From: a virus
Lineage: Duplodnaviria; Caudoviricetes
Direction: 5' to 3' (one strand)
Length of the DNA stretch: 64,000 bases
Virus record (IMG/VR): IMGVR_UViG_3300020388_000010
A program made the translations under genes and the position numbers. Numbering within the stretch: the first letter of the stretch is position 1; every line of letters starts with the position of its first letter. The notes beneath the pieces were generated by a model. That model worked only from the letters and a program-made list of their open reading frames with translations, had not been told where the DNA came from and did no database searches. Shown one piece after another: positions 61,202-64,000 of this stretch.

Positions 61202-61715
61202 AATGATTATAACAAAAAATGATATATTATCAGAGGAAGATAGGCTTCTTATAGTAAAAGATATACAGTATGAGTTAAAACATAACCCTACTCCAAATAA
61301 AATGAAACCTTTATATCAAACAAAGGTTGACATACACAGAAAATATGTTAAAATACATAAACATTGGGATAATTTTTTCAAATCAATATATGATATGTTT
61401 ATTTTAAACAAGATAGGATTTGGTGCTTTCACAATGTGTTGGGGTATGAAACAATCTAAAGAAACAATAAATATGTATCACACACACCAGAAAGCAGACA
61501 CTAACGAAAGTCCAGATTTAAGTATCATATATTATGCACAAAATAAATATCCTAAGTATGGAACTTATATAGGTATTGGAGATATGAAAGAGGGAGTACA
61601 AAATTCACTTGTAGTTTTTGATGCAAGTATTCCACATAGAGCTCCAGATTTACCTAAAGAAGTTTTAGAAGAAGAAGACAGAATAATAATCGCAATGGAT
61701 TACATATATGACTAA
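61194..61715 (+). CDS. Putative 2OG-Fe(II) oxygenase
   Basis: HTH, S.IYY, GT, NS..VFD..IPH, R..IA. Confidence 0.7.
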   Translation: MTKMIITKNDILSEEDRLLIVKDIQYELKHNPTPNKMKPLYQTKVDIHRKYVKIHKHWDNFFKSIYDMFILNKIGFGAFTMCWGMKQSKETINMYHTHQKADTNESPDLSIIYYAQNKYPKYGTYIGIGDMKEGVQNSLVVFDASIPHRAPDLPKEVLEEEDRIIIAMDYIYD

Positions 61716-61947
61716 AAAATACATACACATAAATCAACACAAGATTCGTGCAAATAAAAAACACGGAACAAATGAAGCAGTAATTACTATTAAAGAAGGT
61801 CGTAAAAATACTTATTGTCATAGTGTTGAAATACTAGGCCCATCTAAATTATTTTATGGTGGTAATGATAAACCAATTCTACCTTGTGGTGCAAGAGTTG
61901 TTATTGAAACAGAAAGTGATTTAAAGATTGATAATAAAGACTATTGA
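61708..61947 (+). CDS. Hypothetical protein
   Basis: IHINQH.IR.N, GPS, CGARV.IETE. Confidence 0.65.
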   Translation: MTKKYIHINQHKIRANKKHGTNEAVITIKEGRKNTYCHSVEILGPSKLFYGGNDKPILPCGARVVIETESDLKIDNKDY

Positions 61948-62722
61948 TTGGAAAGTTGCAACTCTTTTCGTTCAAAAAAGACACTATAGTGCAGTTATGC
62001 CTAGACTAACTAAACATTGGTTAGGTTGTTATCAAAATGAAAAGTTAGTTGGGGTAATAACTTTAGGTTGGGGAACTAGACCTAAACATACCATACAAAA
62101 AATATTTCCAGAATTAGATACAAAAGATTATTATGAAATAGGAAAAATGTGTATGGATGAAGATATGCCTCGTAATTCTGAATCTCAAATGTTATCAAAA
62201 ACATTAAGTTATATACGAGAAAATTTATCCAATATAAAATATCTTTATACTTGGGCAGATGGTATTGTTGGTAAGCCTGGATATGTTTATCAATCTGCAA
62301 ATTTTTTATATGGTGGATTTGTTTGGACAGATGTTTATATTTTAGATGGAGAAAAGGTACACCCAAGAACATTACAAGGACAATTACCAAATGATGATGG
62401 AATGAAGTATGGACACAGACCCAATTCCGAACAACTAAAAGAAATGAAAATTACTAGAGTTTTTGGTAAACAGTTTCGTTACATATATCCTATGAATAAA
62501 ACATATAGAAAGTATCTTAAAAAATCTACTATGAATTGGAATTTAGACTATCCAAAAGATAAAGACTTGGAATGGAAAGTTAAAAAACCAGAGGACGAGA
62601 AATATACTTTGACAAAGGTAATGCCGTTCAAACAAGATAGTGGTAAAGTAAAACATAACTCTACTAATGTAAATAAAGTTGCAGATAAGTATGGAACAGC
62701 AAGTTTGGAGGAATTCATTTGA
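61928..62722 (+). CDS. Mom-like GNAT-fold DNA modification protein
   Basis: HYS, N.ES..LS, ..AD....G.VYQ.ANF.Y.G motifs of the Mom family; TTG start. Confidence 0.7.
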   Translation: MIIKTIDWKVATLFVQKRHYSAVMPRLTKHWLGCYQNEKLVGVITLGWGTRPKHTIQKIFPELDTKDYYEIGKMCMDEDMPRNSESQMLSKTLSYIRENLSNIKYLYTWADGIVGKPGYVYQSANFLYGGFVWTDVYILDGEKVHPRTLQGQLPNDDGMKYGHRPNSEQLKEMKITRVFGKQFRYIYPMNKTYRKYLKKSTMNWNLDYPKDKDLEWKVKKPEDEKYTLTKVMPFKQDSGKVKHNSTNVNKVADKYGTASLEEFI

Positions 62723-64000
62723 TAATATTTAAGAAAGTTAGATGGAAAAATTTATTATCTACTGGTAATTATTTTTTAGAAGTTGAATTAGATAGAAGCC
62801 CTACAACACTCATAGTCGGAGAAAATGGTTCTGGTAAATCAACAGTTCTTGATGCACTATGTTTTGTACTATTCAATAAACCATTTAGAACTGTGAGTAA
62901 GTCACAACTAATTAACTCTATCAATTTAGGGGGAACTATTGTTGAGATAGAATTTGTAATACAAAAAAATAATTTTAAAATTATTCGTGGTATGAAACCA
63001 AATATATTTGAAATATATTGTAATGGTCGTATGATGAATCAAGATGCAAATGCATTAGATACACAAAAGATATTAGAACAACAAATCCTTAAATTAAATT
63101 ATCGTTCATTTACTCAAGTTGTAATCTTAGGCTCATCTACATTTGTTCCTTTTATGCAATTAAGAAGTAAAGATAGAAGAGAAGTAGTAGAGGATATATT
63201 AGACATTAAGATATTCTCATTAATGAATTTCTTATTAAAACATAAAGTAAAAGAAGTTTCAGAAGAACTAAAGTCAATAGAATATGAATTTAGATTATCA
63301 AAAGAAAAGATTGATTTACAAAACAAATATATTGAAGATATAAAAAGAAACAAAGAAAAAATTATAGAAGAAAAGGAACATTTGATATTTGATAGTGAAA
63401 AGGTTGTGTTATCAGAACAAGAAAAAGCAGATGTTTTAAATGAAGAAGTTAAAAAACTACAACCAGAGGTTTTACAAAAAGATATTGTTAAAGGTAGTAT
63501 TCGTGAATATCATAAGATGGAAGCTAAACTTTCTAATAGAATAGATGAAAACAAAAGACAAAAAGAATTCTTTGAAAATAACGAATCTTGTCCACTTTGT
63601 ACTCAAGATATAGAATTAGATTTAAAGAAACAAAAGATAGAAGAAAAATCAAAAAGAATACAAGAACTTAATAGTGGTATAGACAAACTTAAAATAGAAC
63701 TAAATGATAAAGAACAACTTCTTAAAGGTATAGAGATGTTGTCAAAACAAATTAGAGAGAAAGAAGTTGAGGTTGCAAAGATATGTACTTCTATAACACA
63801 TATGCAAAAATTAATTACACAAACATCACAACAGATTAATGTTATGAAAAAGGGTGAAGTATCTGAAGAAGATAAAGTTAAACTTACAAGACTATCAGAA
63901 AGATGTAAATTACAAGAGGAACAGATAACTAAACTAAGAGAAGATAAGTTTTATGTAGATGTTGCAAGAAATTTATTAATGGACACTGGTATCAAAACAA
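62719..64000 (+). CDS. gp46: Recombination endonuclease ATPase subunit (Rad50/SbcC-like), truncated by window end
   Basis: TTG start; WKNLLSTGN, GENGSGKST, LFNKPFR, VILGSSTFVPFMQL, CPLC zinc hook. Confidence 0.95.
   Translation, partial: MIIFKKVRWKNLLSTGNYFLEVELDRSPTTLIVGENGSGKSTVLDALCFVLFNKPFRTVSKSQLINSINLGGTIVEIEFVIQKNNFKIIRGMKPNIFEIYCNGRMMNQDANALDTQKILEQQILKLNYRSFTQVVILGSSTFVPFMQLRSKDRREVVEDILDIKIFSLMNFLLKHKVKEVSEELKSIEYEFRLSKEKIDLQNKYIEDIKRNKEKIIEEKEHLIFDSEKVVLSEQEKADVLNEEVKKLQPEVLQKDIVKGSIREYHKMEAKLSNRIDENKRQKEFFENNESCPLCTQDIELDLKKQKIEEKSKRIQELNSGIDKLKIELNDKEQLLKGIEMLSKQIREKEVEVAKICTSITHMQKLITQTSQQINVMKKGEVSEEDKVKLTRLSERCKLQEEQITKLREDKFYVDVARNLLMDTGIKT

Noticed and set aside
270-62290. 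Mu-type Mom specificity (SASNY) as the cause of the CCWGG flank rule
   Set aside because: CAGGC fits SASNY, but GCCAGGA sites do not, and unflanked CCAGGT would fit yet is essentially absent; CCGG cases contain no adenine
10-63353. Numerous minus-strand and alternate-frame ORFs in the track (His/Gln/Leu- or Pro-rich)
   Set aside because: Shadows of GGT/GAT/ACT-rich plus-strand genes; fully overlap recognisable genes and lack motifs
1-64000. tRNA/rRNA genes or stop-codon reassignment
   Set aside because: Intergenic gaps are tiny with no cloverleaf seen; TAA, TAG and TGA all end genes normally and core genes are intact under the standard code

Overview
This is an AT-rich, gene-dense segment of a T4-like (myovirus) phage, almost entirely on the + strand, resembling marine T4-like phages. 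It runs from the 3' part of gp5 through the baseplate genes (PAAR, gp25, gp6, gp7-like, gp8, VrlC-like) and the neck, tail, packaging and head genes (gp13-gp23, gp3). It ends in a replication/regulation block (uvsY, uvsW, gp55, gp47, start of gp46) carrying auxiliary genes: an alphaproteobacterial-type PstS, a peroxiredoxin, a glutaredoxin, up to seven 2OG-Fe(II) oxygenase-like ORFs and a Mom-like DNA-modification gene. An alphaproteobacterial host (possibly SAR11-like) is inferred from PstS only. Four things stand out. (1) About 20 small fibre/adhesin genes share recurring terminal motifs, suggesting a hierarchical plug-and-socket branched receptor-binding apparatus. (2) Five glycine-rich adhesin paralogues are present; three sit between terS and terL, and the last codons of each supply the start of the next gene, including terL. 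(3) There is a window-wide sequence rule: GATC, CATG, CCGG and GGWCC are avoided, and CCWGG appears essentially only when overlapped by GCC/GGC, which points to a motif-specific DNA modification. (4) A portable acidic motif recurs in at least six different virion proteins. All annotations come from recognising motifs and gene order by eye; no searches were run, and motif counts are approximate.
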